A stretch of DNA of 64,000 bases from Candidatus Caldarchaeum sp. (GCA_033580815.1 JAVQUC010000002.1:4259-68258); one strand, 5' to 3'. Positions 37,988 through 47,901 are shown, numbered from the stretch's first letter. The notes: a model not told the origin generated them from the letters alone. Translations and numbers: made by a program.

Positions 37988-39220
37988 TTATGGGTTTGCC
38001 AAGGTGGCTAAGCCTTTGCACATGAGGTAGACTGCTGCGAAGGCTGGAAGAGTCACGACCTCGTTTTTATAGGGTCCGAACGATTCTTCCCCGAGGACGA
38101 AATGCGGAGAATGAACAACTCTCACCTTTAATCGAGGTTCTTCTGGGATGACGACAGCTTTCTGCAATGGGTTGAAGTCTTGGAATTCATCGACTTTGAC
38201 GACTGCTGCTTTCAAACCAGTTTTCCCGTTCAGTGTATCTGCGAGACGCAGAAGGCGATGAATATCTGTTGTGACCACTGTGTCAACGTGAGAAGATAAA
38301 TTTTCGACGGCTAGAGATACGATCGACTCCAAGACCGCTTTTTTACCGATGCTAAGCATTTCCCATCTGGGTTTATTGGACCAATGGCTAGCTATCCTCT
38401 GAAGCTCTTTCAACCGCCGGGACCCAACCATATTTTCTAACCTTCGATAAACCTGATTTTCACCGTCAGCAAGACTCGCCAAGATTTTTTTGGTCTCCTT
38501 CGCTATTCTCCCGCGCCATCCCGGCTCGGTGGAGTCTAGAGAGAGGCCGCTCGTTTGTGTCACTATTCCATGCATTCTCAAATCCATCCGGCTTCCGGTT
38601 ACGTAGTCGACGATCTCCTGTCTTTCAGCCCTGCCCAACTCGAGCACATCCTCCGACGGAACCGAAAGATGATATCCACGGTTCCCAGAAAAGCTAATGA
38701 CCAGATTCTCCAGACCAAAGTCTTTTTCCATGAATTCGAGGAGTCGCATCATCTCTTTCTTCGTCTTATCCAAACAAATTCCACATGTCATACGGACATC
38801 CACTGTTTCACCACTGCAATAGGGGCATTTCGTGGATTTTTCAACGAGTTTTCGTCCACATGAGGCACAGATTAGGTAGTCATGTTCTTCCTTGCACGAG
38901 GTCTGCAGGTGGTCGGCGTCGATGTCGAAAATGAGTTCAGCGCCCAACCACCCTTTTTCCTCCATCGGAGCCTGTGGATAGTTGTAGATGGCGGCTGATC
39001 GATAGACGTGAAGTGGCGCCTCTTTGACAAGCGTTTTGTGGAATTCCGCATGATTGCGGAAAGAAAGATGCCTTACCATAATTTTCTGTCCGAAAGGAGT
39101 GTAACCTAGTTCCCTCTTTTCGAAATCAAATGGGATAAAAGGGTTTGTGTAGTCCTTCTCGTAGTATCTCCGAAAAAACTGCTGAACCATCTGGGCGTCA
39201 GTGATATTCCTGAAACTCAT
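37988..39220 (-). CDS. priS: DNA primase small (catalytic) subunit PriS, 410 aa
   Basis: Catalytic IFDIDADH (DxD), SFSGNRGYHL and a Zn-knuckle CASCG…CPYCSG. Confidence 0.85.
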   Translation of the reverse strand: MSFRNITDAQMVQQFFRRYYEKDYTNPFIPFDFEKRELGYTPFGQKIMVRHLSFRNHAEFHKTLVKEAPLHVYRSAAIYNYPQAPMEEKGWLGAELIFDIDADHLQTSCKEEHDYLICASCGRKLVEKSTKCPYCSGETVDVRMTCGICLDKTKKEMMRLLEFMEKDFGLENLVISFSGNRGYHLSVPSEDVLELGRAERQEIVDYVTGSRMDLRMHGIVTQTSGLSLDSTEPGWRGRIAKETKKILASLADGENQVYRRLENMVGSRRLKELQRIASHWSNKPRWEMLSIGKKAVLESIVSLAVENLSSHVDTVVTTDIHRLLRLADTLNGKTGLKAAVVKVDEFQDFNPLQKAVVIPEEPRLKVRVVHSPHFVLGEESFGPYKNEVVTLPAFAAVYLMCKGLATLANP

Positions 39221-39351
39221 TCTGAACCTCTCAAGCGACTGTAGATTGCATACAGAGCAACCACCACAAACCCCCCGATTATCAGCCAGTAGGAGGTAGT
39301 GTACAAAAGGTCCACGAACTGCTCAAGAGTCATGACAACCAACGACGACAT
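39217..39351 (-). CDS. Candidate 44-aa small membrane protein (MSSLVVMTLEQFVDLLYTTSYWLIIGGFVVVALYAIYSRLRGSE), translationally coupled to priS (ATGA)
   Basis: The ORF is below the track cutoff. It has one predicted TM helix. Its stop overlaps the priS ATG, and TATATAT lies 14-21 nt upstream. Confidence 0.3.
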   Translation of the reverse strand: MSSLVVMTLEQFVDLLYTTSYWLIIGGFVVVALYAIYSRLRGSE

Positions 39352-39381
39352 TCGACCGCTCGATATATAGTTCTCGTGGTA

Positions 39382-39455
39382 TGGGCCGGGGCGGACTCGA
39401 ACCGCCGACCTCTGCCTCGTAAGGGCAGCGTCCTTCCAGGCTAGACCACCGGCCC
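39382..39455 (-). tRNA. tRNA-Val (anticodon UAC), 74 nt
   Basis: Reverse complement gives GGGCCGG acceptor stem, D-arm UAGCCUGG, anticodon loop CU-UAC-GA, T-arm GGUUCGAGUCC, discriminator A. Confidence 0.85.
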
Positions 39456-39466
39456 GTCATCCTGCG

Positions 39467-39628
39467 CTACCTTTTGATTTCCCTTCTTTTCCATCTTAGG
39501 TTGTAGCTGCGGCATTTACGGCATTTAACTGCTGTCTTTGCATTTCTGGCTCCGCAGTTTCTGCATATTTTGATGATTAACCTTCGACTCTGAGCTAGTT
39601 GTAGTAGTGCAGGGTCTCTTATCGGCAT
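39467..39628 (-). CDS. rpl40e: 50S ribosomal protein L40e (53 aa), not present in the ORF track
   Basis: The minus-strand translation MPIRDPALLQLAQSRRLIIKICRNCGARNAKTAVKCRKCRSYNLRWKRREIKR has the L40e CxxC…CRKC zinc-ribbon pattern. A TATAAATA box lies about 25 nt upstream. Confidence 0.75.
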   Translation of the reverse strand: MPIRDPALLQLAQSRRLIIKICRNCGARNAKTAVKCRKCRSYNLRWKRREIKR

Positions 39629-39649
39629 GCCCCATTACAGTGGTTCGTG

Positions 39650-39660
39650 GATATTTATAC
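39650..39660 (-). promoter_or_regulatory. TATA box (GTATAAATA on the minus strand) for rpl40e
   Basis: Canonical archaeal TATA about 25 nt upstream of the L40e ATG. Confidence 0.45.
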
Positions 39661-39743
39661 GTGTCCAGCCGTCTCGTTCAAACCGATAGATAATCTATTT
39701 ATTGAACTAAATCTCTAAAGCTACGCGTAACGGTGAACAAGTG

Positions 39744-40028
39744 ATGTCCGAGAAACAAATCGCGCCAACGGTTTTGGTAGGGAAGAAACCAGCGATGAGC
39801 TACGTTTTGGCTTGTCTGACGGGCTTCCAGAGCGGTTCGAAAGAGATCGTGGTGAAGGCAAGGGGTAAGGCCATCAGCAGGGCTGTCGACGTGGTGCAGA
39901 TCGTCAAAAACAGGTTTCTGACGAACCTCGTGGTTAAAGACATCCGCCTGGGAACGGAGCAGATAACCGACGAGCAGAACAGGACGGTTAACGTCAGCAC
40001 AATCGAAATTGTGCTGGGGGCTAGCTGA
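39744..40028 (+). CDS. alba: Chromatin protein Alba
   Basis: The 94-aa translation (…[49 protein letters not shown]…) matches the Alba (Sso10b) family. Confidence 0.85.
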   Translation: MSEKQIAPTVLVGKKPAMSYVLACLTGFQSGSKEIVVKARGKAISRAVDVVQIVKNRFLTNLVVKDIRLGTEQITDEQNRTVNVSTIEIVLGAS

Positions 40029-40049
40029 GGGGCTTCTGATGCCCGTTAG

Positions 40050-40598
40050 GTGCATGGGTTGGAGTTCCCGGTATGTATCTTCGACCTGAAAACCGGTGTC
40101 CTGTGCAGCAAATGCGAGCAGAAACTGCGCGCCGGAGAACTGACGGAGACCGACCTGCAGATAATGCGTTTCTTGGTTGATGCTGAGAAAAAAATTCCCC
40201 AAATTTCATCTTTTGTATACTTTAAAAGTTATAAGACATCCGGATATCTGTTTGTTTTCTTTTTGGAGAGGAGTTTATCATCGTCTCCGGCCAACGTGGT
40301 GGCTGAGTTAGAGAAAGCATTGTCGCAGAAAACTGGGTTGAAGGTGAAGTTGTTGGAGCTCCGTAAAGATTTGAACGTTTTTCTCCAAAACCTCGTCGCT
40401 CCGGCCCGTGTCTTGACAGTCAACAAAGTTTGGCTCCCAGACCAAACCACCGAGCTCAGGGTGTTAGTTGACGACGAAAAGTCTCTAACGGTGTCTCCAG
40501 CCATCTTGTCGGAAGTGGTTAAACACGTCATGAACGTTTCAGTAAGCTTCGAATTCCAGAGAAAAGGCCGTCAACCTCTGACTCGTCCGGCTAGGTGA
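40050..40598 (+). CDS. Hypothetical protein (182 aa) with N-terminal Cys residues that may form a Zn-binding motif. Co-transcribed with aspS.
   Basis: No family recognised. Its stop overlaps the GTG start of AspRS (GTGA). Confidence 0.3.
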   Translation: MHGLEFPVCIFDLKTGVLCSKCEQKLRAGELTETDLQIMRFLVDAEKKIPQISSFVYFKSYKTSGYLFVFFLERSLSSSPANVVAELEKALSQKTGLKVKLLELRKDLNVFLQNLVAPARVLTVNKVWLPDQTTELRVLVDDEKSLTVSPAILSEVVKHVMNVSVSFEFQRKGRQPLTRPAR

Positions 40599-41926
40599 TC
40601 GAGGTGATTGAGCCGCGGATAAAGGAATTCTTGAAAGCACGAGTGATGGCCGGTGACGTGGCTCCGGAGCTCGACGGCCGTCGCGTCAACTTGTTTGGAT
40701 GGGTGCATGAAATCCGGGACCTCGGTAAACTTGTCTTCCTCGTTCTTAGAGATGTTTCGGGGATGTGTCAGATAGTTTTTAGGATGGACGAACTCGGAGA
40801 AAAGGCTAGGTCAGTTGTAAAGGACATCAAAAATGAATCGGTCGTCTACGTCAGCGGTGTGGTTGTTAAACAGCCAAAATCTAGGCTGGGTGTAGAAGTA
40901 GTCGCTGATTCTGTCGAGATTTTGGGACAAGCGGTTCCGAAGCTAGAATACGACCCGACGGGCAAAGTCCCGGCGAGCATGGATGTGAGGCTAAAGCATA
41001 GAGTCCTCGACCTAAGAAGACCAGAAGTTAAGACAGTCTTTATAATTGGCAGCCATGTCCTCAAAGCTCTCAGGGATTTTTTCCACCAAAACGGGTTCGT
41101 CGAGGTGAGGACTCCCAAGATAATCGCGTCTGCTACAGAAGGAGGTGCAGCACTTTTCGAAATAAAATATTTTGACAGGACGGCCTTTCTCGCCCAAAGT
41201 CCGCAGCTCTATAAGGAGCAGCTCACAACTGTTTTCGAGAAGGTCTTCGAAATAGGCCCGTTCTTCAGAGCCGAAGAATCCCATACACGACGGCACATAA
41301 GCGAGTTTACTTCGGTCGACATTGAGCAGGCTTTCGCAGACATGTATGATGTGATGAAGGTTCTGGAGGATGCGGTGGTCTACGTTCATAAGACTATTTT
41401 GGAAAAATGTGACAAGCAGTTGAAGGAACTCGGTGTCACCCTTCGGGTTCCCAAAACTCCCTTCCCTAGAATAACATACGATGAAGCCTTGGAGTTGTTG
41501 AGGCAGGAGGGCGAGACGGTCAAATGGGGTGAAGATTTCAGCACACCACAACTCAGAACACTTGGCAAAAAATTCACCAGCTACTACTTCATCACCGATT
41601 TTCCCTCCGAGATAAAGCCCTTTTACATTCAGGCGAAGGCTGAAAATCCGACTTTGTCCGAGTCTTTCGACCTCATGTTCCAATGGCTTGAGCTTGCGTC
41701 TGGAGGAACTCGCGTCTCCGACCACGATGTTTTGGTGCGTAAGCTGGTTGAGAAGGGTCTTGACCCTAGGATGTTTGAGGACCATTTGAAAGTGTTCCGA
41801 TACGGAATGCCTGTTCACGCAGGATGGGGCCTCGGGTTTGAAAGGCTCTTGATGGTGTTGACCAGAAGAACCAACATAAGGGAGACGGTTTTGTATCCAC
41901 GGGACAGGTTTAGGTTGACTCCTTGA
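40595..41926 (+). CDS. aspS: Aspartyl-tRNA synthetase, archaeal type (443 aa)
   Basis: N-terminal OB anticodon-binding domain and class II motifs (FFRAEES…, GxGxGxER: GWGLGFERLLM). Confidence 0.9.
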   Translation: MIEVIEPRIKEFLKARVMAGDVAPELDGRRVNLFGWVHEIRDLGKLVFLVLRDVSGMCQIVFRMDELGEKARSVVKDIKNESVVYVSGVVVKQPKSRLGVEVVADSVEILGQAVPKLEYDPTGKVPASMDVRLKHRVLDLRRPEVKTVFIIGSHVLKALRDFFHQNGFVEVRTPKIIASATEGGAALFEIKYFDRTAFLAQSPQLYKEQLTTVFEKVFEIGPFFRAEESHTRRHISEFTSVDIEQAFADMYDVMKVLEDAVVYVHKTILEKCDKQLKELGVTLRVPKTPFPRITYDEALELLRQEGETVKWGEDFSTPQLRTLGKKFTSYYFITDFPSEIKPFYIQAKAENPTLSESFDLMFQWLELASGGTRVSDHDVLVRKLVEKGLDPRMFEDHLKVFRYGMPVHAGWGLGFERLLMVLTRRTNIRETVLYPRDRFRLTP

Positions 41927-42392
41927 GTTGAGCCGGTCTGTGGTACTGTCTCTGAAAGTAGATTAGGGGTTGGTCGTTCGAAAGAATCCTAAAGTTTCTG
42001 ACTAGTCCGAGGATTATGTTGTGCGTTGAGGCCTCGATGTGGTTGTAGACTTCGCAGAAAAGAGTACCAATAACTCCCTCGATGACCGGGTAACCGTTTT
42101 CTTCGACACGGTATTTCACCTTCTCGAATCTTTCGTGGTGGGGTGCGTAGGCGAACAGGTCTGATACAAATGATTGTTTTTCGGACAATAGGTTGACGCA
42201 AAAACGTCTGGTTTCAAGAATCTTATTGCACGTCTGGGTCGTTTTCTCGAGCACTACTAGGACTAAGGGAGGGTCCAGGCTAACTGAGGTGAATGAGCTG
42301 ACAGTCATTCCATGAGATTTCACACCGTCATGGGTGGTGACGATAGTGACGGCCTGAGGGACTCTGCGCATAAAATCTCTTAGATCTGTCAT
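41910..42392 (-). CDS. Flavin reductase-like (FMN-binding split-barrel) protein, 160 aa
   Basis: …AVTIVTTHDG…HGMTVSSFTSVSLDPPLV… is the flavin reductase domain signature. Confidence 0.65.
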   Translation of the reverse strand: MTDLRDFMRRVPQAVTIVTTHDGVKSHGMTVSSFTSVSLDPPLVLVVLEKTTQTCNKILETRRFCVNLLSEKQSFVSDLFAYAPHHERFEKVKYRVEENGYPVIEGVIGTLFCEVYNHIEASTHNIILGLVRNFRILSNDQPLIYFQRQYHRPAQLKEST

Positions 42393-42439
42393 TTGAGTGA
42401 AGGCGCTGGCCCTCGAATATTAACCATGAGCCATCTACG

Positions 42440-42943
42440 TCATTCCTTAACAGTGAACATCGTATGGGTCGATGTCATGTTAACCTCGGTTAACAACCAA
42501 AGGCGTTTAAACACCCTGTTGAAGAAGTCGTCTCTCGCCTCCTCTGCGACGCTGACAACAACATCCCAAGTGCCAAACAACTCGTGGGCTTCAAGAACTT
42601 CGTCAATCGAAATTAGATATTTCTCCCAGAGCTTGGGAGCGGATGGCCTCCTCATCTTGATGAAAATGTAAGCACATTTTCTTCTTTTCGAAGCTCCCTC
42701 TTTCTCGAACGATAGACCACCTTCGTTAACTATCAAGCTGTTGGTGTCGGTTACTCCATGTGTTCGCATAGCGTCTAGGATGCTGTTCAGATGTTTGAGG
42801 GATTCTGCCGTTACCTTGGATAAGACATCGTACGGCCCCCATATCAAGTAGCTTTCCTCGATGTTTCTATCGCTTCTTAGGGATGTAATCGTTTCGATTA
42901 ATCCGCTTCGCGTTCCAACTGTTCCAAGAACGAACGCTTTCAT
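42440..42943 (-). CDS. Tandem RAM (Lrp/AsnC C-terminal ligand-binding) domain protein, 167 aa
   Basis: Two roughly 75-aa repeats with the alpha/beta-sandwich pattern of stand-alone RAM domains. Confidence 0.4.
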   Translation of the reverse strand: MKAFVLGTVGTRSGLIETITSLRSDRNIEESYLIWGPYDVLSKVTAESLKHLNSILDAMRTHGVTDTNSLIVNEGGLSFEKEGASKRRKCAYIFIKMRRPSAPKLWEKYLISIDEVLEAHELFGTWDVVVSVAEEARDDFFNRVFKRLWLLTEVNMTSTHTMFTVKE

Positions 42944-42970
42944 GAGTCGAGTATCTTAGCAGAGGATATT

Positions 42971-43870
42971 TTAGCTTTCGGGCCGTCTCATAGCGAGAGC
43001 CGCCGCCCCGAGGAGTGGTGCATCGTTACCGAGTGCCGTGATGGTTATCTTCGCTTTCAAAAGGCCGAATCTTTTGAGAAACCTAACAGGCTTCGCTACT
43101 GTTTCCGTTGGATGGCTAAGGGCCAGGCCTCCACCTACTAATACTATTTCGGGGTCGAAACAGTTGATGACTGAGGCGAAGCCGGCGGCGTTGTAAACCG
43201 CCATTTTTTCGATCACAGCGGAAGCCCGAACGTCTCCCTGCCGTGCTGCTTCGAATATCTCCCTTGAAGTCTTCCAGAGAGGTTTTCTGAACATTTCCTC
43301 GCCCAGCTTGGGCAACCCATTTCCGGAGCACAGACCTTCCCAGTGACCCAGACCGCCGCAGCCACATCTCACTCTGGAGAAGGCATCGACCACGATGTGA
43401 CCGATTTCGACCGCGTTTCCATCCTTGCCAACAAGCAGATGGTCGTCGACAACCGCTCCACCACCTATCCCGGTGCTTAAAGTAATGTACAGTATGTTTT
43501 GAGATTTGCGGCCGGCTCCGAAAGTTCTTTCGCCCCAAGCCGCCGCCGTACAGTCGTTCATCATCACAAAAGGCCCCTTGTGAATATTTTCGACGATATC
43601 CCTCAACTTCACGTTAAACCTTCCGAGGTTAGGTGGATGAACCAAAATTCCCCTCTTAATCGAGAGCGGCCCAACGGTTGCAACCCCGACAGGACTTTTC
43701 TTCGAAATTCCGGATGAGTATAGGAACCTAAAGCCCTGTTCGAAAATACGGTTAATTTCATTAGGCTTCTTCGGTGTCGCGAACACAATCTTTTTAGTGA
43801 TTATGCCTCCGGGTGTGACTATTCCGAACCTCGTGTAGGTTGCGCCAAAATCTATTCCGATGACGTCCAC
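42971..43870 (-). CDS. ROK-family sugar kinase (glucokinase-like), 299 aa
   Basis: N-terminal GIDFGATYTRFGI (ASKHA ATP-binding) and the ROK Zn motif region CGCGGLGHWEGLCSG. Confidence 0.75.
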   Translation of the reverse strand: MDVIGIDFGATYTRFGIVTPGGIITKKIVFATPKKPNEINRIFEQGFRFLYSSGISKKSPVGVATVGPLSIKRGILVHPPNLGRFNVKLRDIVENIHKGPFVMMNDCTAAAWGERTFGAGRKSQNILYITLSTGIGGGAVVDDHLLVGKDGNAVEIGHIVVDAFSRVRCGCGGLGHWEGLCSGNGLPKLGEEMFRKPLWKTSREIFEAARQGDVRASAVIEKMAVYNAAGFASVINCFDPEIVLVGGGLALSHPTETVAKPVRFLKRFGLLKAKITITALGNDAPLLGAAALAMRRPES

Positions 43871-45234
43871 GTCACATCAATGTATTTACCTGGGTTAAGT
43901 ATGTTGTTGGGGTCGAATACTTTCTTCAACCCCTGCATTAGGTAAAGTGTCTGGATTCCGTTGTGAGCTGCGAGCTGTTTGACCAAATCTTTTCTCTTCT
44001 GTAAACCAATTCCATGTTCACCTGTTACCGTTCCGTTTACATCAATCGCGAATTGGACGAGCTCATCAACTGCCTTCTCAAGCTTGGCCACCTCCTCAGG
44101 ATTGTCAGGATCGAAAAGTATTGTTGGATGAATGTTGCCGTCTCCAGCGTGCCCATTTAGGCAGATTTTCAACCCGTATTTTTCTGACAGTTGCCTAACT
44201 TTTCTCAAGTATTCTACTATGCGGTCGATCGGGACGCAAACATCCTCTATAAGAGCCTGCTTTGCCAGTGCTTTGATCGCCAAATACATCGTAGCCCGCA
44301 GCTGCAACAGCATCTCCGCCTCGTCAGGGTCTTCAGCCACCTTCACCATCTTGACGTTATTCTCCCTAAGAATAGAAAGGGTTTTTTCCAGCGCTTTCCC
44401 GTCAAAGTCTTCGACATCGATTAAGAGCATGGCTTCGCTGGCGTAGAGGTTTGTGCCGTGCATCTTGTTAGCGGCCTCCAGCGCGAAGCGGTCGAAGAAT
44501 TCTAACATCCTCGGAATTATGCGGTTTCTTCGGATTTCTATGATAGTCCGCCCTGCATCCTGCCAATCGTCGAACACAGCGTATATCCGGTGTATCGGGA
44601 CTTCGGTTATGGGCGCTATTTTTAACCAAGCTTCGACTATGACGCCTAGAGTTCCTTCGCTTCCGACCATGAGCTGGGCGAGGTTATAGCCGGCCCTGTT
44701 TTTCGCTAATGGCTCTCCGAAAACAACGACCTCTCCCGATGGGAGAACAACCTTAAGTGCTAAGACCCAGTCCTTCACCGTGCCGTATTTGACGCATCTG
44801 AGCCCACCCGCCCCTTCAGCGATTGCGCCGCCGACGGTGCAGATGAAACTGCTCGCTGGGTCTGGAGGGAAGAAGAAACCATGTTTTTCTAATTCTTTGT
44901 TCAGCTCGTCTAGTATGACTCCTGTTTCGACCTGGGCATAGTAGTTGACGGTGTCTATTTTCAAGATTCTATTCATGTTTGAAACGTCCAGAATCAAGCC
45001 TTCTGAAACCACCGCACCTGTCAAACTGGTGCCCGCCCCCCAAACGGTTACGGCTAATCTTTTCTCGTTGCAGTATTTCAGAGTCTTCGAGACATCTTCC
45101 ACACTAAAGGCCTTGACCACGACCGTGGGTTTTTTGGAAAAGCCCCCCATATCGGTCGAATATTTTTGTAGAATCTCCTCATCGCAAAAGACTTTAGATT
45201 CGCCCAAAATTTCTCTCAATTCGTCAACAATCAT
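43852..45234 (-). CDS. FAD-linked oxidase (GlcD / D-lactate dehydrogenase family), 460 aa
   Basis: PCMH-type FAD-binding domain (…VWGAGTSLTG…) plus a C-terminal FAD-oxidase domain. Confidence 0.7.
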   Translation of the reverse strand: MIVDELREILGESKVFCDEEILQKYSTDMGGFSKKPTVVVKAFSVEDVSKTLKYCNEKRLAVTVWGAGTSLTGAVVSEGLILDVSNMNRILKIDTVNYYAQVETGVILDELNKELEKHGFFFPPDPASSFICTVGGAIAEGAGGLRCVKYGTVKDWVLALKVVLPSGEVVVFGEPLAKNRAGYNLAQLMVGSEGTLGVIVEAWLKIAPITEVPIHRIYAVFDDWQDAGRTIIEIRRNRIIPRMLEFFDRFALEAANKMHGTNLYASEAMLLIDVEDFDGKALEKTLSILRENNVKMVKVAEDPDEAEMLLQLRATMYLAIKALAKQALIEDVCVPIDRIVEYLRKVRQLSEKYGLKICLNGHAGDGNIHPTILFDPDNPEEVAKLEKAVDELVQFAIDVNGTVTGEHGIGLQKRKDLVKQLAAHNGIQTLYLMQGLKKVFDPNNILNPGKYIDVTWTSSE

Positions 45235-45284
45235 GCACAGGCACCGAAAACATTGATTTGAATCTGCTAAAAGAGTTTACTGTC

Positions 45285-46040
45285 TCACGGGTCTTTCAGG
45301 GCGTGTTTTATTTCTTCAAGATGTTGTTTCGACCTGTGGAGCTTGTATTTTTTAAGCAGGTCGATCGTGTACGGGTCTTTACTTTTTTGAGGATTGATTT
45401 TGCGAATCAGGAATGATGCGAACGCGGTGACGTTTCGCGGTTTTCTGGTTTGGGAGGCGTGACTGTAGTCTATTATCACGGGCTTCTGAAATGCCGAAAC
45501 TATGACGTGATCTGAAGCGTTTACGAGTTGTCCATGGTCTAAATGGATGCCGTCGAGTCGATAAGTTTGTTCAAAAACTTCGTCGATGACGGCGGCTATG
45601 TTTTCGGAAATACCAGGTTGGATGACTGTTCCCAGGTTCACACCTTCGACATATTCCATCACTATTACGTTTGTAGACCACGTGAGGAGCTTAGGCCCAA
45701 CGTCGATCGTGTTAGCCTTCAGCTGGTTCTCTGCTTCATGCTTCATAGTCTTTACCGCGGCATCTTGTCTGAGAATTTTTACAGCCACGTTTTTTCCGCC
45801 GGCTTGTCCGAGGAACACCATCCCCCGCACTCCTTTCCCAACGAGGAATGGAACCGTGCGGCCAGCTAATTCATGAAAGGCCAACAGCGCGACACCGTCG
45901 TTTAACAACTCGGAAATCATTTGAGAAACTCTTTGGGCACTGCCTGTTGGATAAGCGAGCAGCCTTAGGTCGACGCCTTCACACTCGACCGTAAGGGAAT
46001 CTAGTTCGATGAAACGTATGCCGCCACGTACTGAGGACAT
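45285..46040 (-). CDS. RIO-type atypical serine/threonine protein kinase (251 aa; the start may be internal)
   Basis: Glycine loop and VAVK lysine motif, catalytic HLDHGQL, and a RIO-like IIDYSHAS (IDFxQ) segment. The 5' 40 nt overlaps the CCA gene. Confidence 0.5.
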   Translation of the reverse strand: MSSVRGGIRFIELDSLTVECEGVDLRLLAYPTGSAQRVSQMISELLNDGVALLAFHELAGRTVPFLVGKGVRGMVFLGQAGGKNVAVKILRQDAAVKTMKHEAENQLKANTIDVGPKLLTWSTNVIVMEYVEGVNLGTVIQPGISENIAAVIDEVFEQTYRLDGIHLDHGQLVNASDHVIVSAFQKPVIIDYSHASQTRKPRNVTAFASFLIRKINPQKSKDPYTIDLLKKYKLHRSKQHLEEIKHALKDP

Positions 46041-47353
46041 GTCCGGATAAAATCTCCGAAGAACCCTTTTTCTTCATCGGTTAGTTCACCGAATAAACTA
46101 TTCAAATCGGGATAGATTTTAGCTTGTTTAAGGTATGGCCTCAGTTCTCGGGAAACAGCTGTTTTCCCTCTCTCAATTAGCGAATGCAGTGTTTGAACCG
46201 CGTCGACGTGCTTCCTCTCAAGCAGTGAATACAGTCGGTCGCCTTCAACCCATGGATGAGCCAGCAACCCTCTCTTCTTCAGCTGTTCATCGATGAAATC
46301 AACAGCAGTATCCGCCCAAACCGGAGGCCCCCGATTGAGGTACACTCTTGGTAGATGGTGCGATTCGAGCTCAAACACGAGGAAACCCCTCCTGCTATCG
46401 GCCCAGCGGTCACTTCTCAAAACCCTAAAGCCCGAAAGATCCAAACCTCTACGAATCCCCTCCATAGTTTTGTTAAGCTCACCCCATAGAACATCCGGTG
46501 GTCGGTCGGGCAGTTCCATCACAACCGCTAAAAAATTCCTTCCGTTCATCAATGCCTGAAGTGAGGTTTTCCCGAGGAAGAATTTTCGAGACGGTTTTCT
46601 GAGGAAAAGTTTTGACTTCATTATGAAATTCGATAAAGTGGTTAAGGAGACTGCGGCTGCTGTGTTGCGTTGGGGGTCTACCGGGTCTCGTAGGAACAGA
46701 GGAGCAGCGGCTGGGTATGGTTCTGGGTCTAGCATGACCGGCGGCTTCCAACGGCTCGCCTCTTCGACCAAACCCATGAAAGAGCCAGAACGAAGAATCA
46801 ATAATTCGCAGACATAGCCGCTGAAACCTTTCACCTTAACTTCAGCCCCGTAAAGGCCATCGTTCATCAAAAACGCCTTAAGGAGTCTAACTTCATCCGC
46901 TTTTTGTTCCGTTAGATGTTTTTTGACGTAACGAGTGTGGTATGGTGTGCGGTCGACGGGTGTTATCCATTTGCCGTAGTCGGCGTCGTAACACGGGACT
47001 ATGTTTACACGAATTCCTTCCACGAAGCCCTCGACGTAGGGATGATTGGCGTAGCGAAGCCGGTAGGTGCCGTTCTCGTCGCGAACTGCCTTGACGCCGT
47101 TTTCGACAACCAGCTGACAAGCATTTTCGACAGGGAAAGATTTCTCGAAATGAACGAAAATATCAGCCTCTTCGCGGCCGCGAACCATTGTCCCCTTTGC
47201 GAACGACCCCTCCAATGATATTCTGCCCGCGCCGAACGCCGCCTCAAGCCGTTTTACGAGACGGTCAGCGACCGCCTCGACTTTCTCTATCGTTTCGGGC
47301 AATGGCCGCAACTCTTCCTTAACCTCCTGCAGCAACTGGACTAGGTTTGTCAA
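46001..47353 (-). CDS. cca: Archaeal class I CCA-adding enzyme (tRNA nucleotidyltransferase), 450 aa
   Basis: GSFAKGTMVRGREEADIF (GS…GT…D.D) catalytic motif and the length. Confidence 0.8.
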   Translation of the reverse strand: MTNLVQLLQEVKEELRPLPETIEKVEAVADRLVKRLEAAFGAGRISLEGSFAKGTMVRGREEADIFVHFEKSFPVENACQLVVENGVKAVRDENGTYRLRYANHPYVEGFVEGIRVNIVPCYDADYGKWITPVDRTPYHTRYVKKHLTEQKADEVRLLKAFLMNDGLYGAEVKVKGFSGYVCELLILRSGSFMGLVEEASRWKPPVMLDPEPYPAAAPLFLRDPVDPQRNTAAAVSLTTLSNFIMKSKLFLRKPSRKFFLGKTSLQALMNGRNFLAVVMELPDRPPDVLWGELNKTMEGIRRGLDLSGFRVLRSDRWADSRRGFLVFELESHHLPRVYLNRGPPVWADTAVDFIDEQLKKRGLLAHPWVEGDRLYSLLERKHVDAVQTLHSLIERGKTAVSRELRPYLKQAKIYPDLNSLFGELTDEEKGFFGDFIRTCPQYVAAYVSSN

Positions 47354-47901
47354 ATTTTTTTCACCGCTAAATCCGAATACACCGGACCCGTAGATGTCAG
47401 TACGCTCTTCTTCAAAGATATTTTTTCAACGCGTTGGTTGCCGAAGGTCGTTGGCACATTTTTCGCGATGGCCTCGAGCAGACCTGCCTTGTTTCTGACA
47501 AACTTGACACGGCAAACCGTGAGGTGAGGAACGAATTTGTCATCCTCCAGCCGGAAAGACGGAAGCCTTCTCTTCAGGTTACTGTGGATATTTTTCAGTT
47601 CTTCCACACCACTTCTTATCCCCACCCAGATCACGTTTATTCGACTGCCTCCCGGAAAATATCCCGTCCCTCCAAACTCTATTTCAAAGGACTTTGATTC
47701 GATGGTTTCCAACGCTTTTGCCGCAAGGTTTACTTCGGCTTCGTTTAGTTCCCCTAGGAAAAGAAGTGTGATGTGAAGGTTTTCAGGCTCGACGGGCTTC
47801 AGCCCATTCGCTCCTACTCTTAACAACTCGTTTTGAAAACTAACGATGTTTCTGACGACGGATTCTTCCTCAACGTCGACGGCGAAAAAAGCTCTAACCA
47901 C
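47350..47901 (-). CDS. thpR: RNA 2',3'-cyclic phosphodiesterase ThpR/LigT (2H family), 183 aa
   Basis: Two HxT motifs (HITLLFLG; HLTVCRV). Confidence 0.75.
   Translation of the reverse strand: MVRAFFAVDVEEESVVRNIVSFQNELLRVGANGLKPVEPENLHITLLFLGELNEAEVNLAAKALETIESKSFEIEFGGTGYFPGGSRINVIWVGIRSGVEELKNIHSNLKRRLPSFRLEDDKFVPHLTVCRVKFVRNKAGLLEAIAKNVPTTFGNQRVEKISLKKSVLTSTGPVYSDLAVKKI

Noticed and set aside
41012-41818. 268-aa ORF on the minus strand inside aspS
   Set aside because: It is antisense to a strongly conserved AspRS. The same applies to other long antisense ORFs: 858..1334, 6374..6874, 18073..18561, 19468..20088, 27576..28130, 28235..28798, 43116..43538.
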